From contig CAZCJX010000003.1 in the NCBI GenBank assembly GCA_964499205.1, forward strand, positions 8,174-72,173: a stretch of 64,000 bases of DNA. Direction: 5' to 3'. The position numbers and the translations under genes are program-made. Positions 42,097-52,323 of this stretch are shown here, piece after piece (within the stretch, counting starts at the first letter, position 1; each line of letters starts with the position of its first letter). The notes under the pieces are model-generated. The model saw only the letters and a program-made list of their open reading frames with translations. It was not told where the DNA came from and did not search any database. The DNA is from an uncultured Actinomycetes bacterium (GTDB lineage Bacteria > Chloroflexota > Dormibacteria > Aeolococcales > Aeolococcaceae).

Positions 42097-43199
42097 GGCA
42101 GGCCGTACAGCCGTGCCGCGTTGTCGTGGAGGATGAGGCGCTGGTCCTCCTCGGGCACACCGGCGAACTGCTCGTCGATGACCTGCTGCGACTCCGGCCA
42201 CGTCGAGTCGCCGTGGGGGAAGTCGGACGACCACATCAGGCGGTCGGCGCCGATCACCTCGCGGGCGAGGATGGCGGTGCGGTCGCGCATGAAGGTGTAG
42301 CTGATGTTGCTGCGCCAGTAGTGGCTGGGCGCCTCCCGGTTGAGGTGCCCGGTGCTCTGCAGGTTGCGGGCGCGGGCCTTGCGCTCCACGTAGTCCATGC
42401 GCTCGATGAGGTTGCCCGCCCAGCCCGCGTCGTTCTCCACCGACACCATCTGCAAGCCGGGGAAGCGGTCGAAGACGCCCGCGTAGATCATGCCGATCAG
42501 GGTGCGCTGCACCAGCGTGTAGCCGAGGAAGGTGTCGGTGGGGGTGCGCTGCTGCTTGTCGAGGCGGCGCTCGGTGGCGATGTGCATGCTGACCGGCAGT
42601 CCCAGCGCCTCGGCCTCCGCCCAGAAGGGGTCGTAGAGGTCGTCGTGGTAGGCGCGGCCGCCGTCCGGGAAGACGGCGATCATGGCGCCGACCAGGCCGA
42701 GATCGCGGAAGCGGCGGATCTCGCGCAGCGCGGTGTCGACGTCGTCGAGCGACACGATGCCCACGGCGCGGAAGACGTCGGGATGGGTCCTGCAGAAGTC
42801 GGCGGCCCAGCTGTTGTAGGCGCGGATGCAGGCCTCCTGGAAGGCGGCGTCCTCGATGGTGAAGAAGCGCATGGCGATGGTCGGGTAGAGCACCTCGGCG
42901 GCGATGCCGTCCATGCGCATCTCGGGGATGCGCGCCTCGGGATCCCAGCCGCTGGCGGGAACGTCGGCGTAGCGGCCCTCGACCTTGACGTCGCCGCCCT
43001 TGTAGCGCACTCCGTGGATGACGCCGACGGGGAACATGTCGCCGCCGTCGCAGACGATCACGTCGGTGCTCTCCCGGCTCTCGACGCGCGGGGCACGGTC
43101 GCGGTACCTGGGCTCGATGTAGCGGACCCAGAGGTCGGCGGGCTCGGTGAAATGGGAGTCCGCCGAGATGATCGGGAAGGCGCGGGTGGCAACGGCCAT
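42093..43199 (-). CDS. amidohydrolase-2 family protein, paralogue 3
   Basis: Motifs FPIISADSHFTEPADLWVRYIEPRYRDRAPRVE and LMWSSDFPHGDSTWP. ATG 43199 shares 1 nt with the upstream stop. Confidence 0.85.
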   Translation of the reverse strand: MAVATRAFPIISADSHFTEPADLWVRYIEPRYRDRAPRVESRESTDVIVCDGGDMFPVGVIHGVRYKGGDVKVEGRYADVPASGWDPEARIPEMRMDGIAAEVLYPTIAMRFFTIEDAAFQEACIRAYNSWAADFCRTHPDVFRAVGIVSLDDVDTALREIRRFRDLGLVGAMIAVFPDGGRAYHDDLYDPFWAEAEALGLPVSMHIATERRLDKQQRTPTDTFLGYTLVQRTLIGMIYAGVFDRFPGLQMVSVENDAGWAGNLIERMDYVERKARARNLQSTGHLNREAPSHYWRSNISYTFMRDRTAILAREVIGADRLMWSSDFPHGDSTWPESQQVIDEQFAGVPEEDQRLILHDNAARLYGLP

Positions 43200-43942
43200 C
43201 AGGCCAGCGCCCCGGCCGGCTCGGCGGCGAAGAGGTCGGGGTCCGACGTGCGCAGCCGGCGCAGGTGGGCGCTCCACATGTTGGGGATGTAGTACTGCTC
43301 GTGGGTCCGGCGCATCAGCTCGCTGTCCTCCTCGTTCATCGGCTCTCCGTCGACGGCCTCGGCGTCGATGTGGTATCGGGCGGCCTTCTCCAGCACCATC
43401 GCCTTGATCGCCGCCTTCTCCAGTGTCTCGGCCACCACCACCGCGCCGTGGTTGCGCAGCAGCGCGACGTTGCGGTCGGTCCCGAGCGCGGCGACGATCG
43501 CCTCGTCCTTGGGATTGGCGCCGCTGACGCCCTGGTCCCGGTAGAACAGCGCCGAGGACACGTGGTACATGCCGATGGTCCGCCCGGTGGTGCCGATGGC
43601 GCAGACCGCCGGCGAGTGGGTGTGGATCACCGAGTTGACGTCGGGCCGGGCGCGGTAGATGGCGGCGTGGAAGGAGATCGCCGGCGACGGCTCCCAGTCG
43701 CCCTCGAGCAGTTGCAGGTCGAGCGTCGACTTGACGATGTGCTCGGGTCGGGTCTCGTCGAAGTACTGGAAGGGTGAGACGTAAAAGGCGTTGGGGTCGT
43801 TGGCGTCGCGGGCGCTGACGTGGCCCGCGGTCTGGCTGTCACAGCCCTCGCGGTAGAGCATCCGCCGTGCCGCCGAGATCTTGAACCTGATGTCCGTGTC
43901 GTCCACGGCGTGCCTCCGATCGTCTGGTTGCATCACTCTCAC
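43199..43942 (-). CDS. class II aldolase/adducin-family protein
   Basis: Motifs GHVSARD and SVIHTHSPAVCAIG. GTG 43942 forms a GTGA overlap (alternative ATG 43933). Confidence 0.85.
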   Translation of the reverse strand: MRVMQPDDRRHAVDDTDIRFKISAARRMLYREGCDSQTAGHVSARDANDPNAFYVSPFQYFDETRPEHIVKSTLDLQLLEGDWEPSPAISFHAAIYRARPDVNSVIHTHSPAVCAIGTTGRTIGMYHVSSALFYRDQGVSGANPKDEAIVAALGTDRNVALLRNHGAVVVAETLEKAAIKAMVLEKAARYHIDAEAVDGEPMNEEDSELMRRTHEQYYIPNMWSAHLRRLRTSDPDLFAAEPAGALA

Positions 43943-45963
43943 AGGGCCATGCCCACCCGGGCACCCTCGACGGTGGCGTGCATCATCCGCCGCGGCGCCA
44001 GGCTGTCCCCCACCACGTGCATCTCGATGTCGCTGCCACTGCCACGCAGGTGGCGGGCCAGTGTGTCGTCGGCGACCAGCCCGCAGGCCAGCACCACGGT
44101 GCAGTCGTCGACGCGTCGCGTCTCGCGGGTGAAGGTCTGCATCACCTCGCAGCCGCCGTCACCGACGCGCCACAGCCGGTGCAGCATCGACACGCGCACG
44201 CCCTTGGTGAGCATGCGGTGCATCAGGGGCAGCCGGGTGCCGTCCTCGGCGCCGTGGGCGAAGTCCATCTGCTCGCTGAGGAACTCGACCTCGACGCCCT
44301 GGTCGGCGAGGAACTCGGCGACGGTCGGCGCGCCGACGTGGTTGTCGAGACCACCGACCACGACAGCCCGTCCCTGCACCGTGGCGTCGCCGCGCAGCAC
44401 GGCGAGAGCGGTGACCACGTTGGGCTGGTCGACGCCGAGCGCGTCGGGGATCAGCGGCCGGCCGCCGGTCGCCACCACCACCACGTCGGGGGCGAACTCG
44501 ACCACGGCATCGGCGGTCACCGCCTCGCCGAGCAGCAGCTCGACGCCGAGGCGGCGCAGCTCGCGCTCGAAGTACACCGCGTGGTCGCGGAGGTTGCGCC
44601 GGTTGGGGTCGCGGGCGAGGATGCGCGGAGTGCCGCCGAGGGCGCGCTCGCGGTCGCAGAGGTAGACGCGGTGGCCGCGCAGCGCGGCGACGCGCGCCGC
44701 CTCCATGCCCGCCGGTCCCGCGCCGACCACCAGGACGGTACGCGACACGGCGGCGGGCGTGATCGCCATCTCCGCCTCGCGGCCCGCCGCGGCGTTGACC
44801 GCGCAGGTCATCGGCACGCGGTGCATCCCGATGTAGTGGCACTCCGACATGCCGAGGCACATGCGCACCTCGTCAGCGCGTCCTTGGCGCGCCTTGTTGG
44901 GCAGCTCGGGGTCGGCGACCAGGGCGCGCACCATGCCGACCATGTCGGCGGCGCCCTCGGCGAGGATGCTCTCGGCGATCGAGGGGTCGACGATCCTGCC
45001 GGTGACGAACACCGGCACCTCGCCGGCACAGCGCTTCACCAGAGTCGACGCCGGCACGTTGAACGCCGGCTCGCGGTACCACGGGCTGACGTAGGCACCC
45101 TCGAAGCCGTCGCCGAGGCCGGAGTAACTGCCACCGCTGACACTGATCCAGGCGACGTGCGGCGCCAGCAGCCGGGCGATCTCCGCCTGCTCCTCGACGG
45201 TCAGCCCGCGCCCGGCACCGTCGCCGTCGACGCCGATGCGGATGCCGATGGTGAAGTCGGGGCCGAGCATCTCGCGCGCGGCGGCGACGATCGCCAGCGA
45301 GAAGCGCACGCGGTTCTCGCGCGAGCCGCCCCAGCGGTCGTCGCGCCGGTTGAAGTACGGCGAGAGGAACTGGTTGACCAGGTAGCCGTGCGCGCCGTGG
45401 ATCTCCGCGGCGTCGAGCCCCGCCTCGGCGACGCGGCGGATGGCGTGGGCGAAGGCCAGCACCAGCTCGTCGATCTCCTCCTCGGTGAGCGGGTGCGGGC
45501 TCAACGCCTCGTAGGGGTCGGCGACCGCCGACGGCGCGATCGCCGGCGCGATGCTCTCCTGGTGCGGCGCGGCGCCGAGGTGGAAGACCTGGCCGAAGAC
45601 GCGCGCACCCTCGGCGTGGATCACCTCGGCGCGCCGGCGCAGCGAGGGGATCACCGCGTCGTCGAAGTAGGCGATGCCCTCCGAGCTCACCGGCGAGGGG
45701 AAGCGCTGGTCCCACTCCGGCGTGCGGCTGTACGGCGCCGGGCCCACGGCGTAGCTGTAGATGCCATGGCTGGCATGAACGCCCATGAGCCCGACCCCAC
45801 CGCGGGCGCGCTCCTGCAGGTAGCGCAGGTCACGCGGCTCGCTCAGGGCGGTGCCGTGGGTGGTGTTGACGATGCGGTTGCGCACCTCGAAGGTGCCGAT
45901 GCGCAGCGGCTCGAAGAGGCGCCGGAAGCCGGTGGCGGCCGCGGGCGACTCCACCGCGGTCAT
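43939..45963 (-). CDS. FadH-type NADH:flavin oxidoreductase (OYE-like + FAD/NAD(P)-binding), paralogue 1
   Basis: 674 aa. Motifs FEPLRIGTFEVRNRIV, GAHGYLVNQFLSP and VLVVGAGPAGMEAA. Fe-S region CLGMSEC-x11-C. Confidence 0.85.
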   Translation of the reverse strand: MTAVESPAAATGFRRLFEPLRIGTFEVRNRIVNTTHGTALSEPRDLRYLQERARGGVGLMGVHASHGIYSYAVGPAPYSRTPEWDQRFPSPVSSEGIAYFDDAVIPSLRRRAEVIHAEGARVFGQVFHLGAAPHQESIAPAIAPSAVADPYEALSPHPLTEEEIDELVLAFAHAIRRVAEAGLDAAEIHGAHGYLVNQFLSPYFNRRDDRWGGSRENRVRFSLAIVAAAREMLGPDFTIGIRIGVDGDGAGRGLTVEEQAEIARLLAPHVAWISVSGGSYSGLGDGFEGAYVSPWYREPAFNVPASTLVKRCAGEVPVFVTGRIVDPSIAESILAEGAADMVGMVRALVADPELPNKARQGRADEVRMCLGMSECHYIGMHRVPMTCAVNAAAGREAEMAITPAAVSRTVLVVGAGPAGMEAARVAALRGHRVYLCDRERALGGTPRILARDPNRRNLRDHAVYFERELRRLGVELLLGEAVTADAVVEFAPDVVVVATGGRPLIPDALGVDQPNVVTALAVLRGDATVQGRAVVVGGLDNHVGAPTVAEFLADQGVEVEFLSEQMDFAHGAEDGTRLPLMHRMLTKGVRVSMLHRLWRVGDGGCEVMQTFTRETRRVDDCTVVLACGLVADDTLARHLRGSGSDIEMHVVGDSLAPRRMMHATVEGARVGMAL

Positions 45964-46346
45964 TGCGTCGCCGCGCCCTGCGCGTCGGCGACGCTCTTGG
46001 GAAAGATGGTCTCGAAGTCCTGCCGGCGGAAGATGACGATGACGTGCACGCCCTCGGGACCGGCGATGAGCGGGCCGTAGCCGCGCTTGCCGACCACGTA
46101 GCGCACGTCACCCGCCTTGTGCCAGGTGCCGCTCACCTGCTGGGTGCCTTCGAGGATGATCTCCGCGTAGTCACAGCTGTGGCGGTGCGGCTCGACGCGG
46201 CATCCCGGCGGAAAGTACGTGCGGAACACCACCGGCGCGCCGGGATCATCGGGCTCGCCGAGGACGAAGCGGCTGGAGGTGATGCCGTTGCCCAGATCCT
46301 TCCAGCCCAGCTCGTCCCAGGAGGTGTCGACGGCGAAGGAGGTCAC
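45960..46346 (-). CDS. cupin domain protein
   Basis: 128 aa. Motif VEPHRHSCDYAEIILEG. GTG start in a GTGA overlap. Confidence 0.75.
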   Translation of the reverse strand: MTSFAVDTSWDELGWKDLGNGITSSRFVLGEPDDPGAPVVFRTYFPPGCRVEPHRHSCDYAEIILEGTQQVSGTWHKAGDVRYVVGKRGYGPLIAGPEGVHVIVIFRRQDFETIFPKSVADAQGAATQ

Positions 46347-47256
46347 CGCGCTGCTCCGGCGGTGGTGATGCCCTCCACCTCGGCGATGTTCAGCGCCTCG
46401 ACGACGCGGCGCACGTCCTCGCGGGCGACGCCCTCCAGCATCAGGCGCGGCCGGCGCGGGATGCCGCCGGGCAGCCCGAGCAGCGACAGCGCCGTCTTGG
46501 TGGCGGTGATGTGCATGTAGCGACCGTTGAGCTCGAGCAGGTGCATGATCCGGCTGTAGGCGTCAGCCGCGGCGGCGAGGTCACCGGCGTCCCAGTGCCG
46601 CACCAGCGAGACGCACAGCTTGGGCGCGAGGTTGCCCTCGCTGCTCAGGTATCCCGTGCCGCCGAGGGCGAGGATCGACAGCGCGTGCATGGGACCGCCG
46701 CAGTGGATCTCGACGCGGCTGGCGAAGCGGTCGATCATGCGCAGCAGGTAGCCGTGGTCGGGCGTGGTGACGTTGATTCCCACCACGTCGTAGCGGTCGA
46801 CCAGGTCGTCGAGCAGGTCGAGGGGCAGGAAGTAGCCGACCGACTGGTGCGTCGAGATCACCGCCGGCAGCTTCATCCGCGACAGCACCTCGTTGTAGTA
46901 CGCATCCATCTCGTCGCGGTGCGGCATATGGCCGTGGCCGACGTCGAGGGAGTACACCTGCATGGCGTCGACGCCGGCTTCGGCGGCGATGTCGGCCAGG
47001 CGCAGCATCTCCCTGGCGGTGCGCGGCTCGACGCCCATGTGGCGCACCGGAACGTGCCCCTTGAGCTCCTCGACGCCGATCTCGAGGATGCGCAGCGTCT
47101 CCTCCTCGGTCAGCGTGTACCCCTCGCCGCTGCCCGACCCCGCCAGGTACACGCCGATGCCGGCCTCGCGCAGCCGGCGCAGGTGGGCCCGCAGCGCGGC
47201 TTCGTCGAGTTTCTCCTCGGCGTCGAACGGGGTCAGCGAGATGACGTGGGTGCTGC

Positions 47257-47260
<4 letters not shown>
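46343..47260 (-). CDS. DapA/DHDPS-family-like TIM-barrel protein, apparently lacking the Schiff-base lysine (paralogue 2)
   Basis: Last 305 codons of the track ORF, from GTG 47260 (GTGA overlap). TPFDAEEKLDEAALRAHLRRLREAGIGVYLAGSGSGEG; VVGINVTTPD at the position of DapA IIGIKEATGN. Confidence 0.65.
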
Positions 47261-48017
<757 letters not shown>

Positions 48018-48021
<4 letters not shown>

Positions 48022-48935
48022 GCCGCCGTCGTCGCCGAGCGCCGCCGCAGCGGGATCAGCGAGCCGCCGTTCAGCGCGCGCAGCCAGTGCGGCGCCACCA
48101 GGGCCACGAAGATGGCGCCATAGGTGACCAGATCGGCGTACTGGTTGGTGACGTAGTAGGACACGAACGACTGGCACAGCCCGATGGCGATCGCCGCCGG
48201 CACCACGCCCCACATCCGGCCCAGGCCGCCGACCAGGGTGGCCAGGATGCCCTGGATGGAGAGCTGCAGTCCTGACGAGGTGGTCACCGAGGTGAGCGGC
48301 GACACCAGGATCCCCGCGAGCGCGGTGATCACGCCGCCGACCAGGAAGGAGATCGAGGTGACGGTGCGGAAGTTGATGCCCTGCAGCTGGGTCACCATGG
48401 GATCGGCGAACACCGCGCGCATCTGCAATCCCACCGAGGTGCGGTAGAGGATCGCCCACACCGCCAGCATGCAGACCGCGGCGCCGCCAATCACGGTGAT
48501 GCTGTCGACGCCGATGGTGAAGCTGCCGATGTGCACCGTGCCGCTGCCGAACAGTGCCACCGCGGCCAGCTCCTTGGAGCCCCACGCGCGGTTGGCCACC
48601 TCGGTGAGCACGATGCCGGCGGCGACGGTGCCCAGCAGCGCCGCCTGCGTGTTGCCGTGGCTGAAGCCGCGGCGCATGATCGGGGTGATCACGAAGCGCT
48701 CGATGACGATGCCCAGCAGCGCGCCGCAGCCGACGCCGGCGAGCACCGCCAGGATCAGCGGCACGTGGGTTCCCGCCACGGTGGCGAAGATCAGCGCGCC
48801 GAGCATGTAGATCTGGCCCTGCGCGAAGTTGATCACCCGCAGCGTCGAGTAGGCCAGGTTGTAGCCGATGCCGACCAGCGCGTAGGCCGAGGCCAGCACC
48901 AGGCTGGAGACGACGAGGTGGAGGTTGGTGAGCAT
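48018..48935 (-). CDS. branched-chain-amino-acid-type ABC transporter permease (LivH-like)
   Basis: 305 aa, polytopic. Motif YALVGIGYNLAYSTLRVINFAQGQIYMLGA. ATG 48935 shares 1 nt with the upstream stop. Confidence 0.9.
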
Positions 48936-50818
48936 CAGGCGGTCACCTCGCGGGCGGGCTGCGGCGCCGGGTGGGCCTCGCCGAGATAGGCCTCGCGCAC
49001 CGCGTCCGAGGCGAGGATGCGGTCGCGCGCGCCCTCGGCGATGGTGACGCCGTGGTGCATCACGATGATCGAGGCGCAGTGGTCGAGGACGAAGGGGACG
49101 TTGTGTTCCACCAGCAGGATGCCGACACCCTGCTTGCAGACGCGGTCGAGCAGCGCGCCGAGGCGGTCGACCTCGTCGGGGTTGAGACCGGCGGCAGGCT
49201 CGTCGAGCAGCAGGAAGCGCGGCCGCATGGCCAGCGCGCGGGCGACCTGCACCAGCTTCTGGTCGCCGTAGGGAAAGTCGCCGACGCGGCGCGAGGGGGC
49301 GCCGCCGACGCCGACCGAGGCCAGCAGGTCGTCGGCGTAGGCGCCAATCTCGCGCTCCGCGCGCCGCGAATGCGGCAGGTCGAGCATGGCGCCCAGGTAG
49401 CCGTAGCGGGCATGGATGTGGGCGCCGACCGCGATGCTGTCGCGCGCGGTGAAGTCGCCGACGGGTTGCGTCTCCTGGAAGGTGCGGGCGATGCCCAGGG
49501 CGGCGCGCCGCGGCACCGGCATGCCGGTGAGGTCGACGTCGCCGAGCCGCACCGTGCCGCGCGTCGGCGCGACGAAGCCGCTGACCACGTTGAAGAGGGT
49601 CGACTTGCCGGCGCCGTTGGGACCGATGAGGCCGAGGAAGGCACCCGACTCCAGGGTGAAGGACATGTCCTGCACCGCCACCAGGCTGCCGAACTGCACG
49701 CGCACGCCCTCGCAGACCAGCGGCGCGTTGCTGCCGTTCTGCGTGGGTGCGAACGACACCGCCGGCGCGGTGCCGCCGACAACCGGGGCAGCCGGTTGGC
49801 TGACGGGCGATTCGCCGCGCCGCGCTCCCACCCGCGCCCGCGCCACCGCGACGAGGTCGCTGAAGCGCGCCACGCCGTGGCGATAGGCGACGTCGACGGC
49901 GGTGCCGGCGAGTCCCTTGGGCAGGACCCGCAGCACGAAGAGCAGGATGACCGCGTAGATCAGCGCCGCGTTCTCCGCGTACCCGGTGAGCAGCTGCGGC
50001 ACCTCGACCACCAGCAGGGCGCCGAGCACCCCGCCGATCATGGTGCCGGCACCGCCGACCACCGAGCCGACCAGGATGCTGAGCATGGCGTTGAGGTCGA
50101 AGGAATCGGGCGCGATGAAGGCGAAGATGGGTCCGAACAGCGCGCCCGACACCGCCGCGATCGCCGAGCTGCAGACGAAGACGACGACCTTCTCGCGCTG
50201 GGGGTTGATGCCCAGGCTGGAGGCCATGGTGTCGTTGTAGCCGACCAGCCGCCAGGCCCTGCCGAAGCGGCCGCGCACCAGGTTCTGGGTCAGCCACAGG
50301 CCGGCCATCATCACCACCAGGCAGATGACCAAGTAGGTCTGCGTCGACTCCACCGGGCGCGGGATGCCGGTGAGCCCGTTGACGCCGCCCGTCCAATTCT
50401 GGGCCAGGTCGGTCATCTTGGGCAGGGTCAGCGGCAGCACAAAGCTGGCGATGGCCAGGGCGAAGCCGCGCAGGCCGACCAGCAGTCCGGCGAAGACCCA
50501 CGACATCGCCGCGCACCCCAGCACCGCGACCAGCAGCGCGGGAAGCAATGACCAGTGGTAGACGGCGGTGAGGACCCCGCTGATGTACGCGCCGACGCCC
50601 CAGAAGAAGCTGTGCGAGAACACCATCTGCCCGGTCACGCCGAAGATCAGGTTGAAGCCGAACAGCATGACCGCGGTGACGGCCACCCACGACAGCGTCT
50701 GGGTCTGGAAGTCGTCGGGCTGGATGATCTCGACAGCCGCGACCAGAACCCCTGAGACGGCTGCGTAGGTGAGCAGCCGTCCCAGGGATCCACGGAGCAA
50801 CGCGGTCTGTCCCGGCAC
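48935..50818 (-). CDS. fused LivM-like permease / LivG-like ATP-binding protein
   Basis: A single ORF. N-terminal half is polytopic (FGFNLIFGVTGQMVFSHSFFWGVGAY). C-terminal half has GPNGAGKST, YGDQKLVQVARAL and LLLDEPAAG. Start tentatively GTG 50818, 22 nt after the SBP stop. Confidence 0.8.
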   Translation of the reverse strand: MPGQTALLRGSLGRLLTYAAVSGVLVAAVEIIQPDDFQTQTLSWVAVTAVMLFGFNLIFGVTGQMVFSHSFFWGVGAYISGVLTAVYHWSLLPALLVAVLGCAAMSWVFAGLLVGLRGFALAIASFVLPLTLPKMTDLAQNWTGGVNGLTGIPRPVESTQTYLVICLVVMMAGLWLTQNLVRGRFGRAWRLVGYNDTMASSLGINPQREKVVVFVCSSAIAAVSGALFGPIFAFIAPDSFDLNAMLSILVGSVVGGAGTMIGGVLGALLVVEVPQLLTGYAENAALIYAVILLFVLRVLPKGLAGTAVDVAYRHGVARFSDLVAVARARVGARRGESPVSQPAAPVVGGTAPAVSFAPTQNGSNAPLVCEGVRVQFGSLVAVQDMSFTLESGAFLGLIGPNGAGKSTLFNVVSGFVAPTRGTVRLGDVDLTGMPVPRRAALGIARTFQETQPVGDFTARDSIAVGAHIHARYGYLGAMLDLPHSRRAEREIGAYADDLLASVGVGGAPSRRVGDFPYGDQKLVQVARALAMRPRFLLLDEPAAGLNPDEVDRLGALLDRVCKQGVGILLVEHNVPFVLDHCASIIVMHHGVTIAEGARDRILASDAVREAYLGEAHPAPQPAREVTA

Positions 50819-50840
50819 CGGTGCGGGGTCCTCGCTCGCG

Positions 50841-52064
50841 CTACTGGCCGGGCGTGTAGGCGCCGAGCGTTCCGTCGGGCTCGAGCTGGATGAAGGAGTA
50901 GGCGTCCGGCGTGCCGAAGGCCTCGTGCCCCTTTCCGGCACCCGGCGAGAAGCTGAAGGTGTAGCCCTCTGGACCGCCCACCGGCTTCACGTTGGTCAGC
51001 GAGTCGATGGCGTTGTTGAGCGCGGAACGGCTCTGCAGCGCGCCCGGCTTCCGCATCGCCGCGGCCAGCGTCATCATGGCGTCGTAGCCCTGCACCTGGC
51101 CGTAGCTCAGGCTCTCGCCGTACTTGGCCTTGATCTGCGAGGCCAGCGTCTTGACCGCCTGCTTGTTGAAGTCGACCAGCGAGACGGTGATGCCGCCGGC
51201 GACGACGTCAGGGCCGGCGATGGTGGTGACGCCGGGGATGACGAAGGTGGTGCTGATCCAGGTGGTGTTGGCCAGCGCGCCCTGGCGCTTGGCCTCCTTG
51301 ATCGGGCCCACCATGTCCGCCGCGGTGGCGCCGGAGTCGAGGACGACGTCGGGCTGGTACTGGATCAGCTTCTCGGCCTGGGCGCTGTAGTCGGTGGTGC
51401 CGCTGGGGAAGTAGATGAGGTTGGGGGTGATGCCGGTGGCCGTCTGGATCTGCTTGGCCCCGGCCTCGTTGGCGGCGCGGAACACCGGCGTGTCCGCGGC
51501 CCAGATGGCGATCTTCTTGGCCGACTGGAACTTCGGCGTCTTGAAGATGGTGAACAGCTTGGCGTTGTCGGCGACGACGTCGACGGTGACCGCGTAGCGG
51601 TTGGCGGTCGCGTAGCTGAGGCCGGTCCAGTCGAAGGTGAAGGTGGGCATGCCGGCGGCGTCGGAGACGGGCAGCGCCGCCTTGTTGTCGGCGCCGAAGT
51701 TGAGGCCCAGCATGGCCAGATTGCTGGAGTCGCCGACGATCTTGCTCTGCACCGAGACCGCCTTGCTGGCGTTGCCCTCGTTGTCGTAGACGGTGAGGTC
51801 GATGGGCCGGCCGTTGATGCCGCCCGCCTTGTTGATCTGCTCGATGGCCAGCTGCACGCCGTGCAGGGTGGGAACGCCGAACGCCGCGGAGGGACCGCTC
51901 AGCTCGCCGTTGTAGCCGAGGTGGATGGGCTGGCCGGTCGCCGCGGCGGCCGACGAGGACGCGCCGCCGCCGTTTCCGGAGGACCCGCAGGCTGCGAGTG
52001 TGATGCCGGCGGTCGCGACGCCAATGGCGATCCACCGCCTGCGGACTGTGTTGCGCGGGTCCAT
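50841..52064 (-). CDS. ABC substrate-binding lipoprotein, type-I periplasmic binding fold (LivK-like family)
   Basis: ATG 52064 is preceded by GGAGGA. Lipobox ITLAAC. Motif LGYNGELSGPSAAFGVPTLHGVQLAIEQINKAGGINGRPIDL. Confidence 0.9.
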   Translation of the reverse strand: MDPRNTVRRRWIAIGVATAGITLAACGSSGNGGGASSSAAAATGQPIHLGYNGELSGPSAAFGVPTLHGVQLAIEQINKAGGINGRPIDLTVYDNEGNASKAVSVQSKIVGDSSNLAMLGLNFGADNKAALPVSDAAGMPTFTFDWTGLSYATANRYAVTVDVVADNAKLFTIFKTPKFQSAKKIAIWAADTPVFRAANEAGAKQIQTATGITPNLIYFPSGTTDYSAQAEKLIQYQPDVVLDSGATAADMVGPIKEAKRQGALANTTWISTTFVIPGVTTIAGPDVVAGGITVSLVDFNKQAVKTLASQIKAKYGESLSYGQVQGYDAMMTLAAAMRKPGALQSRSALNNAIDSLTNVKPVGGPEGYTFSFSPGAGKGHEAFGTPDAYSFIQLEPDGTLGAYTPGQ

Positions 52065-52084
52065 GCGTTCCTCCAACTGTCGAT

Positions 52085-52105
52085 GGCGCCGCCGGTGGCG
52101 GCGCC
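52085..52105 (-). other. 9-bp GC hairpin in the SBP leader
   Basis: GGCGCCGCC-GGT-GGCGGCGCC, a perfect 9-bp stem with a 3-nt loop. Ends 21 nt upstream of the SBP start codon and has no T tract. Confidence 0.35.
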
Positions 52106-52233
52106 CGCCACGGGCTGCCTGCTCTCGCGGTGTCGAGCCGCGGTATTTGCTGGGGAAAAGAGGGTCTGGATTTGCCGCGGCCACCGACCCGGGCGCCGGG
52201 AGCGCCCTGCTCAGCGGAGGCGGTCCGCTATTC

Positions 52234-52255
52234 GATCAAAACCTATATAGATTGC
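52234..52255. promoter_or_regulatory. conserved AT-rich 22-mer (motif copy B) in the 259-nt intra-operon gap
   Basis: ATCAAAACCTATATAGATTGCA matches 36154-36175 at 19/22. Contains the palindrome CTATATAG and is followed by GATTG-CA-CAATC (52249-52260). Shares ATAGATTG with 56396-56403. Confidence 0.55.
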
Positions 52256-52323
52256 ACAATCAACGCGGATTGGTACCACGGGCCATGGGCGTTGTCAAGC
52301 CGCGAGGCGCGGCCTGCCGCATC

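Noticed and set aside
52270-52277. TGGTACCA, and GGTACC next to the GntR start at 32452-32457, as a FadR/GntR-type operator consensus.
   Set aside because: GGTACC-containing strings occur repeatedly inside coding regions of this window, for example at about 2888, 16190, 40572, 43103, 45075, 53652 and 56790. The match is therefore not specific enough. It is kept only as a side note in the spacer finding.
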